In this document: one piece after another, positions 23,011 to 36,024 of the stretch
How the letters are laid out: each line of letters starts with the position of its first letter
How positions within the stretch are numbered: the stretch's first letter is position 1
Assembly (NCBI RefSeq): GCF_018977255.1
Contig: NW_024704742.1
Span: 61,072,001 to 61,136,000 of the forward strand
DNA from: Callorhinchus milii
Lineage: Eukaryota
Direction: 5' to 3'
DNA length: 64,000 bases
Translations under genes and position numbers: made by a program
Notes under the pieces: generated by a model
Databases searched by the model: none
What the model saw: the letters and a program-made list of their open reading frames with translations, nothing else
What the model was told of the DNA's origin: nothing

Positions 23011-23844
23011 GGCTTAGATATCTTCTCTTTCTCCCCCGCCCTGGGCTTGGGTGCCCAACTAGCCTCGTAAAGACCTTTGAGATATCCTTGTCACAGAGGT
23101 GAAAGGTGCTATATAAATGTATATTTGCGGTTAGTAGTCCTTGCCTTAGGTGGGGATGGAGGCGAGAAGGGGAAACACATTACACACCAGTTTAAAGCAA
23201 ACAATCTAATTTTTGGAATTTCTGAAATAAAGAAAATAGAAACTGAAAGATTCCACTTCTTTCAAACACAGTTATTTTCAGGCATTTTTTTGTTGTTCTC
23301 TCTCTCTCTCTCTCTCTCCCCTTCTACCTGAAAATATCAGACAGCATTAAAACTGCAGTGGCTGCCTCACTCCCATTGCTTTCGGCATATCAGATGTTGT
23401 GGTTGCTGAAGCAAAATTTTGAAGTGAATTCAGGTTTAATGTTAAAACAGTCACTATTTAATGAGAGGATCTTCAGCGGATTGCATTTAATTTGAAAAAT
23501 ATAACAGTATTTCATTTCAAGAAATCGAATATCAATTACATTTTGTGATGGTGCTGGTTAATGTTAAGTTAATGGTTGAGGGTCTTTTATAATGTCCAGT
23601 GCCTGCCCGAAACCTCCATTTCTTTAGCAACGGTTTGTATGTGCTGCACACACAAACAGAATAATCAATGTATGAAATACAGTACGCCATTAATAAATGG
23701 TTCATGAAACGGAAACAAATTGAAGGAATGAAAGATCAAAGAATAAAAGGATTTCCATGCTGAAAATTGCTTTGGCTGCATTGAATGTAACAAACCTTTT
23801 CAGGAGACAATTTGTTAATACTTCAGCTAGTTAACTAATCTGTG

Positions 23845-24030
23845 TCAGCATTGATTGGTTGGGAGCACACGTGCCTTGTTGAAAAGGTTAGGGGTTAAAG
23901 CATCACTTTGAACTAGAGGATGACAGTGTTGTGGGGGGAGTGCTGCATTGTCGGAGCTGCTATCCATTGGTGGTGTTTTTGGATGAGATGTGAAACCAAT
24001 GTCTCATCTGGCTGTCAAGATGGATGTTAA
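23845..24030 (+). mobile_element. DeuSINE fragment
   Basis: gagtgctgcattgtcggag...ggatgagatgtgaaacc...gatggatgttaaaag. Confidence 0.6.
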
Positions 24031-24639
24031 AAGTTTTGTTCTTTAGCTGTTATTTAAGGGGCATCATTTCTGGCACTGAGACAATACCCAAATCTTTATC
24101 TGGGGGTTCTGCCAATCTTATTCTGTGTTCAGCTGTGAAATGTGAATGACAGTTGCTGAGCGATTCTGCCCTCGTATCTCCATCCACTGAAAAACATCCC
24201 CCTCTGTTCCACAGCTTCCCTTGATGGCACAGTTGAGGTTTTGCTGTATGGATAACTATTCTTTTGTGTCACTGCTCCACCCTAGTATTGAGGTTGTTTG
24301 ATTACAGTAGTAATGATGTGCACTCTCCATTTGACAAATCTCTGACCTCAGCCTGGCTATACCTTGGAAGCTCTTGCTTCCCAACATGAAGAGATGTGTT
24401 AGTTTGTAATATTTTGCATTTAGCAGCAAAGATTAGGGTGGGGGGAGGGTGTGGAAATCAAAACAGCGTCAATTTGTACACCATTGCAATATAAAGTGAG
24501 CAGATTTTAGTGCGTAATACACTACATACTAGGTAAGCGGATAACAGCTTTGTATACATATGATTGTATTTTATTTTCAATTGACAATCAGAATGGAAGA
24601 AATGTGGACTGACATCCGAGGTTGTTCTACCACGTCTTT

Positions 24640-24785
24640 GATCACCCTTTATTCTCCACCATGCCTGCCCTCCACCCTTCCTGATCCCAACCCCCAGCTC
24701 GGATGCAAATCCTTGACTGTCCAGCACCTTCGGACGTCCTCTCGACATGAAAGGTGCTGTACAGATGTCGTTTTGGTTGTTGATG
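24640..24785 (+). mobile_element. L2 3' tail (family A)
   Basis: tgactgtccagcaccttcggacgtcctctcgacatgaaaggtgct then ttggttgttg. Confidence 0.75.
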
Positions 24786-26259
24786 TTGTACTGTCATTAG
24801 CTGAGACCACTGTGACCTTCTTTTCAATTCCAATGTGATTTTTAAAAACAGTTCTACACACATTCTGGACATACTACAAAATGGAAGCCCAACTTCAGCC
24901 AATAACTCCAAGTGTTGGAATTCAGTCTGATATGGATTTTCTTAATTTTTAATGCATGGTGACTACATTATGTGCAATTTGAGCTTGTGCTCAGGAGCAA
25001 TTTTATTTTAATTTCAACCTACTCTGGAATTGGTTCTGTGGTTTATTTGATGGTTTTAATTGCATTTTTGACACTATTCCTAAATATCTTTTAATGTGAA
25101 ATATTGTCAGTCAAGGATGGCTGCTGCTATGTTCCATATCTCTACAGCTGGAAGCCTGCCTCCCCCTCCCCTCCCCTGCTGCATGCAACTCTGATAAGCA
25201 AGTCAGAAATTCTATTTGTTCATTTTCTCACTAAGTAATAGCATGTGGAAAACATGCTAGAATATATTTTATTCTGCTTTTCATTTAGCTGCACCAGACA
25301 GGTGAATCTCATTACAAAGTTATTTTTTTAATTTAAAAGGAAAAATGTCCAGTTTTAGCAAAAGCTCTTTTTAAAATCTGAGGAGGCGCTTGTAGATCAG
25401 CGATCAATCCACGGTAATTCAATTTTGCAAATTTCCATTGTTTTCTAATGATGGTTTGAATAATAAAACATTTCTGTGACATCTGAACTAATTCAGCTTT
25501 CAGCATTATTTTTGGATTTGTACTCATTTCCTACATTCTTTCTCCCTCGCTCTGCCACCAAGACAGCACCCAAATCTTTAATCGGGCTGGGCTGAATGAC
25601 CTCCTCTGTGACAAGATTCTATGACATGAACACTCTGTTTGACAAGGTGTTGGAAGTATCTTTTCATTTGGTGGCATATCTACTGAGCAGAACAGTGTTG
25701 TACTACACGTGCACAGCAATTCCTTGAATCTGTAATTTGTACAAACATAATTTGAGATTGTTGAGAAATAAACAGATCTAGGAAATGTGTGCATTATAAA
25801 TGATCAAAAAGTAATTTTTGAAGGTTAAATATGTTTGAAAGCTTCGGTCTTGCATTAGTACTTCAAAAAGTGGTGACTTGTTACCATGCTACATTGTAAC
25901 ACTGATGACATTTCTACTTGGACTTTCTTTTAATATTGAGTCTGGTATCTCCACAGGATATTTATGCATTTGTTCTGCGCTTGTCCCCGTGCAGGTGTTA
26001 TGGATGTAATCTATTTCTAAATTCATGGCTTGAACATCTTGTACTTAATGATTGCCCCCTAGACAGGCAGGACACAGTGATCTATTTGGGAAAGAAATTA
26101 CGTGATGCCCTCACCTTTTGTGCTTTGCAGAATTCCCCAGTGAAATATTGCAAATGTGTTCGGAACATCTGTTATTTTAAAAAAACTAGCCAAGCGAAAT
26201 GAAATATATTGTCACCTAGAGGTCTTCTGTCTGCCACAACCCGAAGTTTAATAACATCC

Positions 26260-27342
26260 TGTTAAATGGACTTCTTTATCTCTAAGATAGATAACATCTG
26301 CCTGGCTGCCTCCTGCTCCCAGCCCCCACGCCCAATGTTGCCTACCACCATCATGTCTCCTTCACCACCCTCTCTTCCTACCACAGCTCCAACCATGGCC
26401 CCCACCCTGCACTCCTGTATCCGCATGTGCCCCTCCTCCCATTACTCCTATCACCCAGATGAAGCCCACTACCTGCTGCTCAACCCCCTCCCCAACCAGA
26501 TTCTGGTCACTCAATTCCCGCTCCTCTGCCCACTGCTGGCTGACACAGTCAACCAGCCCCTCTCCTCAGGCTCTGTTCCACTCCCCCTCAAGACCTCTGT
26601 CATCACTGCTTAAAACACCTACCTTTGATCCCTCCAACCTCATAAACTTGAGACCCATCTCAAAACTGCCTTTCCTGGCCAAAGTTTGGGAATGCGTCAT
26701 TACAAATCAACTTTTGCTCACCCCTCACCCTCCACTCCTTACTTGAACCCCGTCAGTCCGGTTTTCACCCTCCCCACAGCACAGAGACAGCGCGGCAAAG
26801 TAACAAATGACGTCCTCTCTATTGTGACCAGGGCTTCCTCTGTCTCCTCATCCTCCTGGACTTCTTTGCTGCGTTCCACACAATCAATCGTGCCATCCTC
26901 CTCCACCGCCTCTCCTCCCTCATCCACCTCAATGGGACAGCACTCGCATAGTCCTACTTAACAAACCACCAACAATACATCTCTGCAAATGTTTTTTCCC
27001 CCCGTCCTCGCCTGGTCACCTGCCGAGTACCTGAAGGCTCCATTCTTGGCTTTCTTCTTTTCCTTATTTACATGCTCCCTCTTGGCGATCTGCAGACATG
27101 AGGCAACTTCCACCTGTATGCGGATGACTCCAAAATCTATTTCTCCTCCTCCTTCTGCAACTCCCAGTCCGCTGACGTCCTATCAGCTTATTTGATGGAC
27201 ATCAAGGCTTGGATGAGCACAAATTTCCTGCTGCTGAATGTCGGCAAGACAGAAGCTTGGCTTGGGGTCAGCTCTGCCATTGTCAAGCGCTCCAGGTCAC
27301 CACCCCGTGTGAAGAGCACTATATAAATGCAAGTTGTTGTTG
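26260..27342 (+). mobile_element. Degraded L2 LINE (RT region plus family B-like tail)
   Basis: Frameshifted motifs DFFISKIDNI, RPISKLPFLAKV, KVTNDVL, YADD-like tatgcggatgac and NFLLLNVGKTE. Confidence 0.85.
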
Positions 27343-27944
27343 GTGTTAAATGGTCAAAGCCAAAGGTTGCTATTTCAGAAGGTTGCCATCTGGTTCCTTC
27401 ATTGAGCATGATGAGTGATGTTGATTGAATTCTTGAAATGTTACAGATAAGTGCATTTACAATAATTTCACAGGTATGTGAAGATCGGAGAAGCTGATTA
27501 TGCTCAGAGTGTTAAGTCTTATTGTTTTTTGCAAACAAAAAAGGGAATTGCAGAATGCAGTTGTGACTGAAGAAAACTAAATATAAAACAAAAAAGATCA
27601 GAACATTGGTAAATGTGTTAAATTTGGTCCAACTAGTCCTTCCCTTGAGATGAGAATTCACCATGTGAAGACCAACTCTTGTTGTGTGTGTACCATTCTA
27701 TGCTTTTGGCTAGTCATGTGGGAAGCTAAACTATGATTATTGGCAGGTATTTACATTGTGGAAGGTTCATCCAATATGTGCACTCAAGAGTGGCAGATGG
27801 AGCGACAGAATAGTTGGAACACTGCCTGATAAACAGAAATGAACACACATATACAGAGAGAGAGACACACACACAGATAGATAAAGTAATTAAGCAAAAT
27901 TGGGGTATTTTAAAAATAAATACACAGTTTTAGCAATAGTTGTA

Positions 27945-28320
27945 GTCATAATTCTTGCATTTGTCGGTGCCTTATCAAGTGTCTTGAAGCAGTTCACAGG
28001 TTTTACTGTAAAGTGAAGGCAAACATGCTCACAGCAATGTCCAACAAAAAAACCCTGAGGTAAATCCCCCATTTTATCTGGAGGATTGTTGGCCAAGGTA
28101 CCAGGAGAATCGCCATTTTATTTTTGAAATTCATCATAGGATCATTAATATCCACCTGAACAGGCAGATTTAACCTCTCAACCTAAAAGATTCACCTCTG
28201 ACCATGCAGCACTCCATCTCCACTGCATTAGAGTGTCAGCCATGACTATGAGCTCAAAGTCCTAATATGTTACTTGAATGCAAAAAAAAATGCTAACTCT
28301 GAGGTGACAGTAATACCAAG
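27945..28320 (-). mobile_element. DeuSINE, degraded
   Basis: ggattgttggccaaggtaccaggagaa...tccacctgaacaggcaga...gagtgtcagc. Confidence 0.65.
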
Positions 28321-28754
28321 TAGATAGGTTTCCATTTCTGCTACTTTACTGAATTTTTGTTTGTCCCATTGTTACTGGGCATTTGGCCCTTTACATTTTC
28401 ACCATCTTTTGTCGTTTATGTCTTTCCAGCGCAATGATGTGAAAGCTGCCTTGATTTAATTACTATTGTAGCTTGGTACTGTGACCTCTTGGCAAACTGA
28501 CCTTAGTGGCATAGATTAAAATCATCTTTTAGTGTTTAGTGCTGATAATTGTAGCTTTTGGTTTTGCCTTTGAGGCAAAATGCTGGCGGTAAAATATATT
28601 CAGCTTTCTTTTTAATTGGAGTGTAGCCTAAGGAAATCATTCTCTGTACCAGTGATCAGGTATGATCTGTCTTCTGAATCTAAACAGATGTCTGTTCAGT
28701 ATATGAGAAGGTGGAGGAGAGGGAGAGTGGTGGTTGAATTTTCCCAGTTACTAT

Positions 28755-28932
28755 ATAATAATCCTTGCATTTGATATAGCGCCTCTCGAAGTCGAGACGT
28801 CTCAAAGCGCTTCACAGAATATACTGCAAAGTGAATTGACTGTATATTTTGTGGGAGAAATGTGGCAGCCAATTGCACACAGCAGTGTCACACAAACAAT
28901 TATGGATCGATTGACCAAATTATTATTTTTTT
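28755..28932 (-). mobile_element. tRNA-derived SINE, 3' half
   Basis: aataatccttgcatttgatatagcgcc...gcagccaattgcacacagcagtgtc. Confidence 0.85.
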
Positions 28933-29377
28933 AAAAATTTGAAGGGATTTTTGGATTCAATACCTGCTTCCATTTCAGGCAAGTGCGGTGACCGATATTA
29001 CCATAAACTGGTTGCAACTGCCGGAAGCCGCATTTGGTTTAAAAAATCCAAAATATTGTGCTCTGAATTTATGTTTTTATTCCCCCGTGTGCTTGCACCT
29101 ATTTCAAATGCTCAAAGTGTAGAGAAGATAAATTGCTGACACCAACATTTAATAGAACCACCAAATGCTTTATCTCTGGTCTAGGGTAATTACAGTTGAA
29201 GCTGTGCGAAATAACAAGCCTTTGAATTTAACTGTAGACTGATTTTCCTTGTCCTGGACTATACTGTTTGGATTCAATAGTAAATTAATTGTTCTCTGCT
29301 CTTTAGGAATCTTTAGGTTTGTAAACATATTTTGCCAGGATTTGTAAAAATTATACTATAATTGTGTGTATTATATA

Positions 29378-29975
29378 ATAATGATGATCCTTGCATTTGA
29401 CAGTGATTTGTCATATTGTCAAAAGTTCTCAAAGTGCTTCACAGAATTTACTCTAAAATTTAGTGACTATGCATTATAGGTGAATGTGACAGCCATTTCA
29501 CACAGCAATGTCCTCCAAACAGTCTTAAAGTTGACCACTTTAATCAATCTAGAGGATTGTTGTACAGGATATCGGGAGAAACTCACTTTGCATGGCACCT
29601 ATAAAAATGCAACACACCCCAACACTGCATCGGGAGTGTGAGCTTAGACTATGTGATTTCAAGTCATGATGTGGGTCTGGAACCCATAGTCTTCTGACTC
29701 AGAGATGAGAGCGCTACCAACTGAGCCACCACAAACTATTGTCAAACTGGAGGCAATTGATCACCAAATTTGCATCATACCTGAACAGGCAGATGGGACC
29801 TCAGTTTAACATTTCATCTGAAGGACTGTACCTCTGACATGCAGAGGTGCAGTCTTTCAGGTGAGATGTTCAACTGAGGTTCTGTTTAACAGCGACCTCA
29901 TCAGTGTATCAGTCCCGACGATGGGGCTTGAACTCCCAACTCTGAGAGAAGGGTTCCATCACTTGATCCAGGCTG
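29378..29975 (-). mobile_element. Two DeuSINE remnants; the second contains a fold-back inversion (29791-29887)
   Basis: Head revcomp ttctgactcagagatgagagcgctaccaactgagcca (ends ~29728); Deu core repeated in inverted orientation. Confidence 0.75.
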
Positions 29976-31659
29976 ACATTTGTGTTAACTCTATTCTCTT
30001 GATTTTAGACATTTTCTTTTTTCTTTTAAAATCCTTTAGTTTTGTCCTCCTTTATTTTCCATCCGATTTGGGAAATTTGGAGATCCTGTTTATGATGCTC
30101 TGATTCTATACAGTAAATCTAAAACATTCTTAATTTGTTTATTTAATTCCCTTGTAGAATCTATTTCATGTGCACATTAATATGGCCCCTCTTTAGTTAA
30201 ATAGACCAGGCAATCAGCAATAGTGTACCTTAATTTCTCTCAAATGCCACAGTTGTGATGCAGTTGCATAAGGTGGATTTATTGCTTGTTGTCAATCAAA
30301 TTAACCTTTTGTAACTGATAGCTTGTAAAACTGAAGTAAGAACCCTTTGAACATGTGCACTGGCACCAAATTGATATTCCCATATAAATGGAACAGGCTA
30401 ATGGTGATGGAATTCTGAGTATTGCAATTGGCAGCTGGGTTAATAGTCTTAAAGCAAATATTGACTGACGTTATATTATTGACGTTATAAATATTGATGG
30501 TGGTGAGGTTTTAATAGAACTTCATATAAATTCACAGATATGTTTTGGAGAACTTGAGGATTGTAAATTTGGTAAAATAACTGTTTGAAGAAAGGATCAA
30601 AGGATTTACCTGGGTACGGTATTTTAAGCAATTAGCACTGTGAACTTTATGCAGAATTAAGAGAAAGATTAGAGTAAAGCATTAGAATTCTAAATACACT
30701 TTAGCCTTTGCTAGAAATGAAGATAACTGACATAGAAAGCAATAGTTGCTTTATATCTGCAGTGAGGAATCCTTACTACTACTGTTAAGTTCTTTGAGAC
30801 GTTAGTCCGCTTGAAAAGGCGCTATATAAGTTGTAGCTTTTTTTTTTAGCTGTTCTCTTCTTGTATATGAACTTGTAACCTGTTATTTGTCTGTGATTTG
30901 ATTTGGCGGGGGGAAAAGCTCTTAAATTTAACAGGGCTAGAATTTTGGAAGATCAGCTGGAGCTGTCTGATTTTTTTTTTGGTGGGGGAACATTTGGTAC
31001 CTTTGGGTAACTCCAGGTTTAGGGCTTGAGCTGGTCCATTTGTGTATTTGCATTAACCTCAATAAAGCTGGACAGACTTACCCTGCTGTGTTGTCTGCCC
31101 CAGGGCGTAGCTTAGGAGGAGGCTAATAATTAGGAGTGAGGATGCCTCCCTGTTGGTGAAATGTTTACAATAGTCCTTTTTAATTTCTAATGGGCATATT
31201 TATGAATCAAATCTTTTAAGCTTCCCTTTTAAGTCTCACATTTCAGGTACCAAAACCACTTTGTAGATTGACCAAAATTGTTGACCAGGCAAATTGGGAA
31301 AGTGGTATTTTTTGTTGGTCAGCCAAGTGAAAACTTATCACAATGCTCAAAAGTATCCATACCAGACAGTGTCATGCATACCACTAACACATAGAAATTC
31401 CTGTGTTTGTGCTTTGCTCCTATCTATCGATCGATCAATTGCATTCTTGTTGGTGAATGGCTTTGCATCAATCCAATTTTTGGTGTTGGTGGCGGTGGCA
31501 CCAGCTCACTGGGAATCAGCTTTGTGGAAGCCTCACATGGAGTAGACGGAGCCTTGGATGAATCCATTTGTCTATTCCTACATCTGGATACCTTTGATGA
31601 TGACTCAAAGAATCAAGGTTTCAGATTGATAATCTGACATTTTGTTAAAAAAAATGAAC

Positions 31660-31952
31660 AAGTTTTCTTGCTCCATATGCTTCTATTTACCTGGCATTAA
31701 GTGGGAGCCTGGTTGTTAGTTGAATAGTGGATTGCATTACTGGGGGGGGGTAATAATTCCTTCAAAAAAAGTAATAATAAAATTTGGTCACTGAATCCAT
31801 GACTGTTTGTGTAACACCCCTGTGTACAATTGGCTGCCACATTTCACCCACAAAATATGCAGTCTATTCACTTAACAGTATATTCTGTGAAGCGCTTTGA
31901 GACATCTCAATGACGTGATAAGGTCCTATATCAAACTAAAGGATTATTATTA
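31660..31952 (+). mobile_element. tRNA-derived SINE, long subfamily, lacking head
   Basis: tttacctggcattaagtgggagcctggttgttagttg internal segment, core and tail. Confidence 0.8.
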
Positions 31953-33022
31953 TATCGAGCTTTTCAATATATTTTTAAAAAAAGTAACCTGCTATTTCCT
32001 GTTTGTTTTACATAAGGTTTTCTCATTTGAATGCCATCCATTCTGTCTGGTTGCCATGGTTCCTAAATCACTGTTCCCAGATCCTTTTTATATTATAATA
32101 ATGCTAATTTCAGTTTGTGGGAAATTGCGTAAAGCTCCTGGCAGATATTCCAACTCACAATTAACATGTTTCTTGCTATTTTTTTAAAAAATTGGCCACG
32201 TTCTTTTTTCATATACATTTATTTTAATATTAAGCAAGCAAATATGGATTTAACAAATACTTGCTTTTGTAATGTCCTTCGTAGAGAGTAATGTCTCAGA
32301 GTGCTTTACAGTGAAGGTGTCGAACACAGCTTGCAGTGAGGGAATGGGGGCGGGGTGGGGTGGAAGAAAGGAGGAAATTTACTATACACAGTGAAAGAGG
32401 TAGATGTGAATATTGGTGATTCAGTGAAGATTCTGAGTAATTTGACATATCTAAGTTTTAATTCAATACTGGGTTGCAATTTACTGAATTAGTTATTCAA
32501 ACCTTTTTTAAATCATTGTTTAGGCCATGTTGGGTTTAGTACAAGTTCAGGTGCCGTACCTTCAAAAAGACTGGAAAGAGTGAAAAGAGAATATTCCCAG
32601 GGGTACAAAGCAATAAGGGAGTCGCAGAATAGAACTCGCTTTTATTAAAGAAAGCTAAGGATGTGGACTTGATCCAAGTTTTAAAATTACAAACTGGGTA
32701 TGATGTCTTGTGGTGAGGGTGGGGGGGGGGAATATCTGTACAGACCTGATGGTCTGTTCAGTGCTTTTGGTGATTTACATCATGTTAAAAAAAAATTAAA
32801 AAGCCTTAAATGGGAACAGAGATGAAAGACATTCTTCCCCTATATATTCCCTCTCTCTCTTTTTCTCTTCCCCCCACACCCCACTCCCCACACACACACA
32901 CACATACCGCTCACACACAAATGCACCATAACCTGGCTCAGTATCTTCTTAACAATGTTTTTTTGTCAGCTGGGTGGCTACCACACGTGGCAATCCATCA
33001 CCATGTATAAGAATATCTGGTT

Positions 33023-33341
33023 ATAATAATAGTAATAATCCTTGCATTTGATATAGCGCTTTTCAAGTCTTCTAGACTTCCCAAAGCGCTTCACCGAATA
33101 TACTGTAAAGTGAATTGACTGTATATTTGTGGGCAAACGCGGCAGCCAATTGTGCACAGCAATGTCCCACAAACAGTCGTGAATTGAAAATGACCAATTT
33201 ATTATTGTTTTTGGTTTTTTTGGAGGGATTATTATTAGGCGTGTGGAGTAAGGAAACTTGCCAAAGGTTTCGCCCTGCCTGGAATTGAACTCGGGTCTCG
33301 CTTGCAAAGCGAGTGCTCTAACCACTGAGCTACAGGACTCC
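33023..33341 (-). mobile_element. tRNA-Ala-derived SINE, short subfamily, full length
   Basis: Revcomp head GGAGTCCTGTAGCTCAGTGGTTAGAGCACTCGCTTTGCAAGCGAG (anticodon TGC). Confidence 0.92.
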
Positions 33342-34339
33342 GGAAGTCACCAGAAGAAGGAGAGCTTTTAATGCATGGTTATTTGCTATTGGGGGAACAG
33401 ATTATTTATTGCAGAACTAATCCTAAGGAGGCTGAATGGATCAAGTCCAAGGTAGAGTAGGTTTTCTGTGGTCTATGGAAGGAGCAAGTTTAATATAGGC
33501 TGAAATGCCTTTTCTTGTTCAGAACTTCCTTACTGCCATACATTTGTATTTAAAACGTGTTGTTGGAACTAATGTTCAACCTATTCATTCCATTTTATTA
33601 TTGATGTGGCATAAGCAAAATGTTATTCCAAACAGTGGTTTGTAAGAAACGTTCTTGTGGCATGACCACTGGCCCCAAATGCTTGTGCAGTGTTCTCTCC
33701 ACGCATTCACTTGAATGGCACTCAAGATCTCGTTAGAGCTCACAACTTAGAGAGTGATGTACAGACCTCCTACAAAAAAAATGTTTAATTTTAACATGAG
33801 ATTGGAAAAATCGGCATTCAGGAGGTTAATTGGAACTCTTCATGAAAGTGATGTTCAAAGTGAACATGTGCAATTGTAGCCATAGTAGAACATCAGTAAA
33901 TGCTGTGTGCATGGCATGATTCTGATGTGAAAGAATATTTCATTACATGCAGTGAAATTGATGTGGATAATCACACTGGAGCCTCCGGGATCAGATCAAC
34001 AGGGTTTCATTGTACAGGATTGGTTCGATAGATGTCTCAGTGGATGACGTGTGTACTTAGTGGGAACTGAAATGTAGCAATAGTATTCATTATAAAAAAG
34101 GATAATAGGAGAATCCTGCAGCATCCCATGCTAACTATTATGTAACTCATTAATTAAAAAAATGTTGCAGTGGGACCTACAAACATCAGAACGCTGATCT
34201 ATCAACAACCAGCATAACATTTGACAGTTGGGATTGTTTCATTGCATGCAGTAAAATTGTCGTGGATAATTGCACTGCAACTTACAGAATAAAGGCACCA
34301 GCTTTTCTCTTGAGCCCATGTCCTCTCCAACACCAAACT

Positions 34340-34832
34340 TTGAGCCTATCACCTCTATCCTTCCTCAGTGCCACTGGATTCGTATCCCCAGTGGATTAAG
34401 TTCAAAATTTTCATCCTCGTGTTCAAATCCCTCCACGTTCTTGGCCCCTTTTTTATTTCTGCGACCACTTTTTTATTTCTGCGACCCCTTTCACCCATCC
34501 TCTGCAACCCTATCGTCCCATTGCTCCCTCTGCTCAGCTAACGGCCTGCCTCATAACCCCCAACCTATCCTACCATCATTGTGTGAGCTTTCAGTCCTTC
34601 TGACCCCATTCTCTGGATCTCCATCCACAAGTCTCTCCACCTTGCTACCTCCGACTGGACTTTCAGCCCAAATTTTAAGCCCCATCTTTTCCACTGTACG
34701 TTTAGTCACCTTTCCCTTTCCCCTCCCACCCCCATCCTCTGCCTTGATTCTTCTCCCCATTCTATGTGCAGTCAGCTGTTTAAAGCACTTTGAGTTATCC
34801 TCCTGACCTAAAATGTTATTTAAATGTAAATT
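34340..34832 (+). mobile_element. Degraded L2 3' portion
   Basis: HW.P...KFKI.ILVFKSLH-like sequence, C-rich 3' UTR and tail. Confidence 0.65.
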
Positions 34833-35616
34833 ATTATAGGCGTATCCTGGGTTTAATTGTACTGCGCCATATTTTGAGATTTGTTTTACTGGAATTTAAG
34901 AAATGGTAACCTTCTTTCCCAGTACTACAGACAAAGGCATCCAGATAGCTTATCAGAGTGCCATGCACAAAAATAGTCTTTGAATTTATCAGGGTGCTGT
35001 GGACAAAGGTAGTCTTTGATGCTACAACAAAGACAATCCTGAATGTCAAAGCCTAATTGTTTAATTTTTGTGATATCAGTAGTTCAAGCAAACCGATTTG
35101 ACATCTTTGATCTGTAAATTCAGAATGTAATTGCAATTTAAATGACTGGACCTTTTCCAACATGCCTTTGATGGTTATTTTCAAAGTTCATTTCCAGCAA
35201 AAGAAGACACCCCTCTAGTTCAGTCTTCCATTCAGGGTTGAATCCCAATGGCTCAGTGTATTAGTGTTGTTCAAACCCACTCAGATAAATAACAAGCTAA
35301 TAAATCATCAATTCAGGGGCTTAACAAGGAATAGGACATATTTGTCACAATGTGACCAGTACATCTTACTCCACTCATTAACCATCTCCCGTCCAACTTA
35401 GACTCCACTGATCAATTGCTTTGATGCAGTTAACAAAGTACATATCGAATCTTTCAAGGTTACTTTTGGAAAGTACTGTACTTTTAATATTCTTAGTTGC
35501 ACCAAATTCAGGAGGAAGTAAACTACTGCTGTAACAAGTGCTGACAAAGCTACTGTATTTGTCAAAATGTATTTTGGAGTTCCATTTCCAATTACTACAG
35601 TACTTTATTGTTATAT

Positions 35617-36024
35617 AAATAATCCTTGGATTTGATATAGTGCCTATAATGTCAAAAGGGCTCTAAGCGCTTCACAGATAATTGCTGTCAAATTGCTGTC
35701 AAATACACTATTTGTCGGCAAGTGCGACAGCCAATTTACGTATAATAAAGCCCCACAAACAGCCACAAATGACAATTCATCATTAGCTGGGACAGCAGGA
35801 TAAATTCATCTCTTTTGATGTCTACCAAAACAACCAAGGGACCTTGGTTTAACATCTCATCTGAAGAATGTCTCATGAAGGATCAGTGAACTTCAGTGGC
35901 AAACTATAATCTTGCATTTGATATAGCGCACTTCACATCTTCTAGACGTTTCAAGGCGCTTCACAGAATATACTGTAAAGTGAATTGACTGTATATTTGT
36001 GTGCAAAACGTGGCAGCCAATTGC
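35617..36024 (-). mobile_element. DeuSINE remnant (35617-35870) and young SINE 3' fragment (35905-36024)
   Basis: Two consecutive minus-strand tails; gggaccttggtttaacatctcatctgaag Deu motif. Confidence 0.7.
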
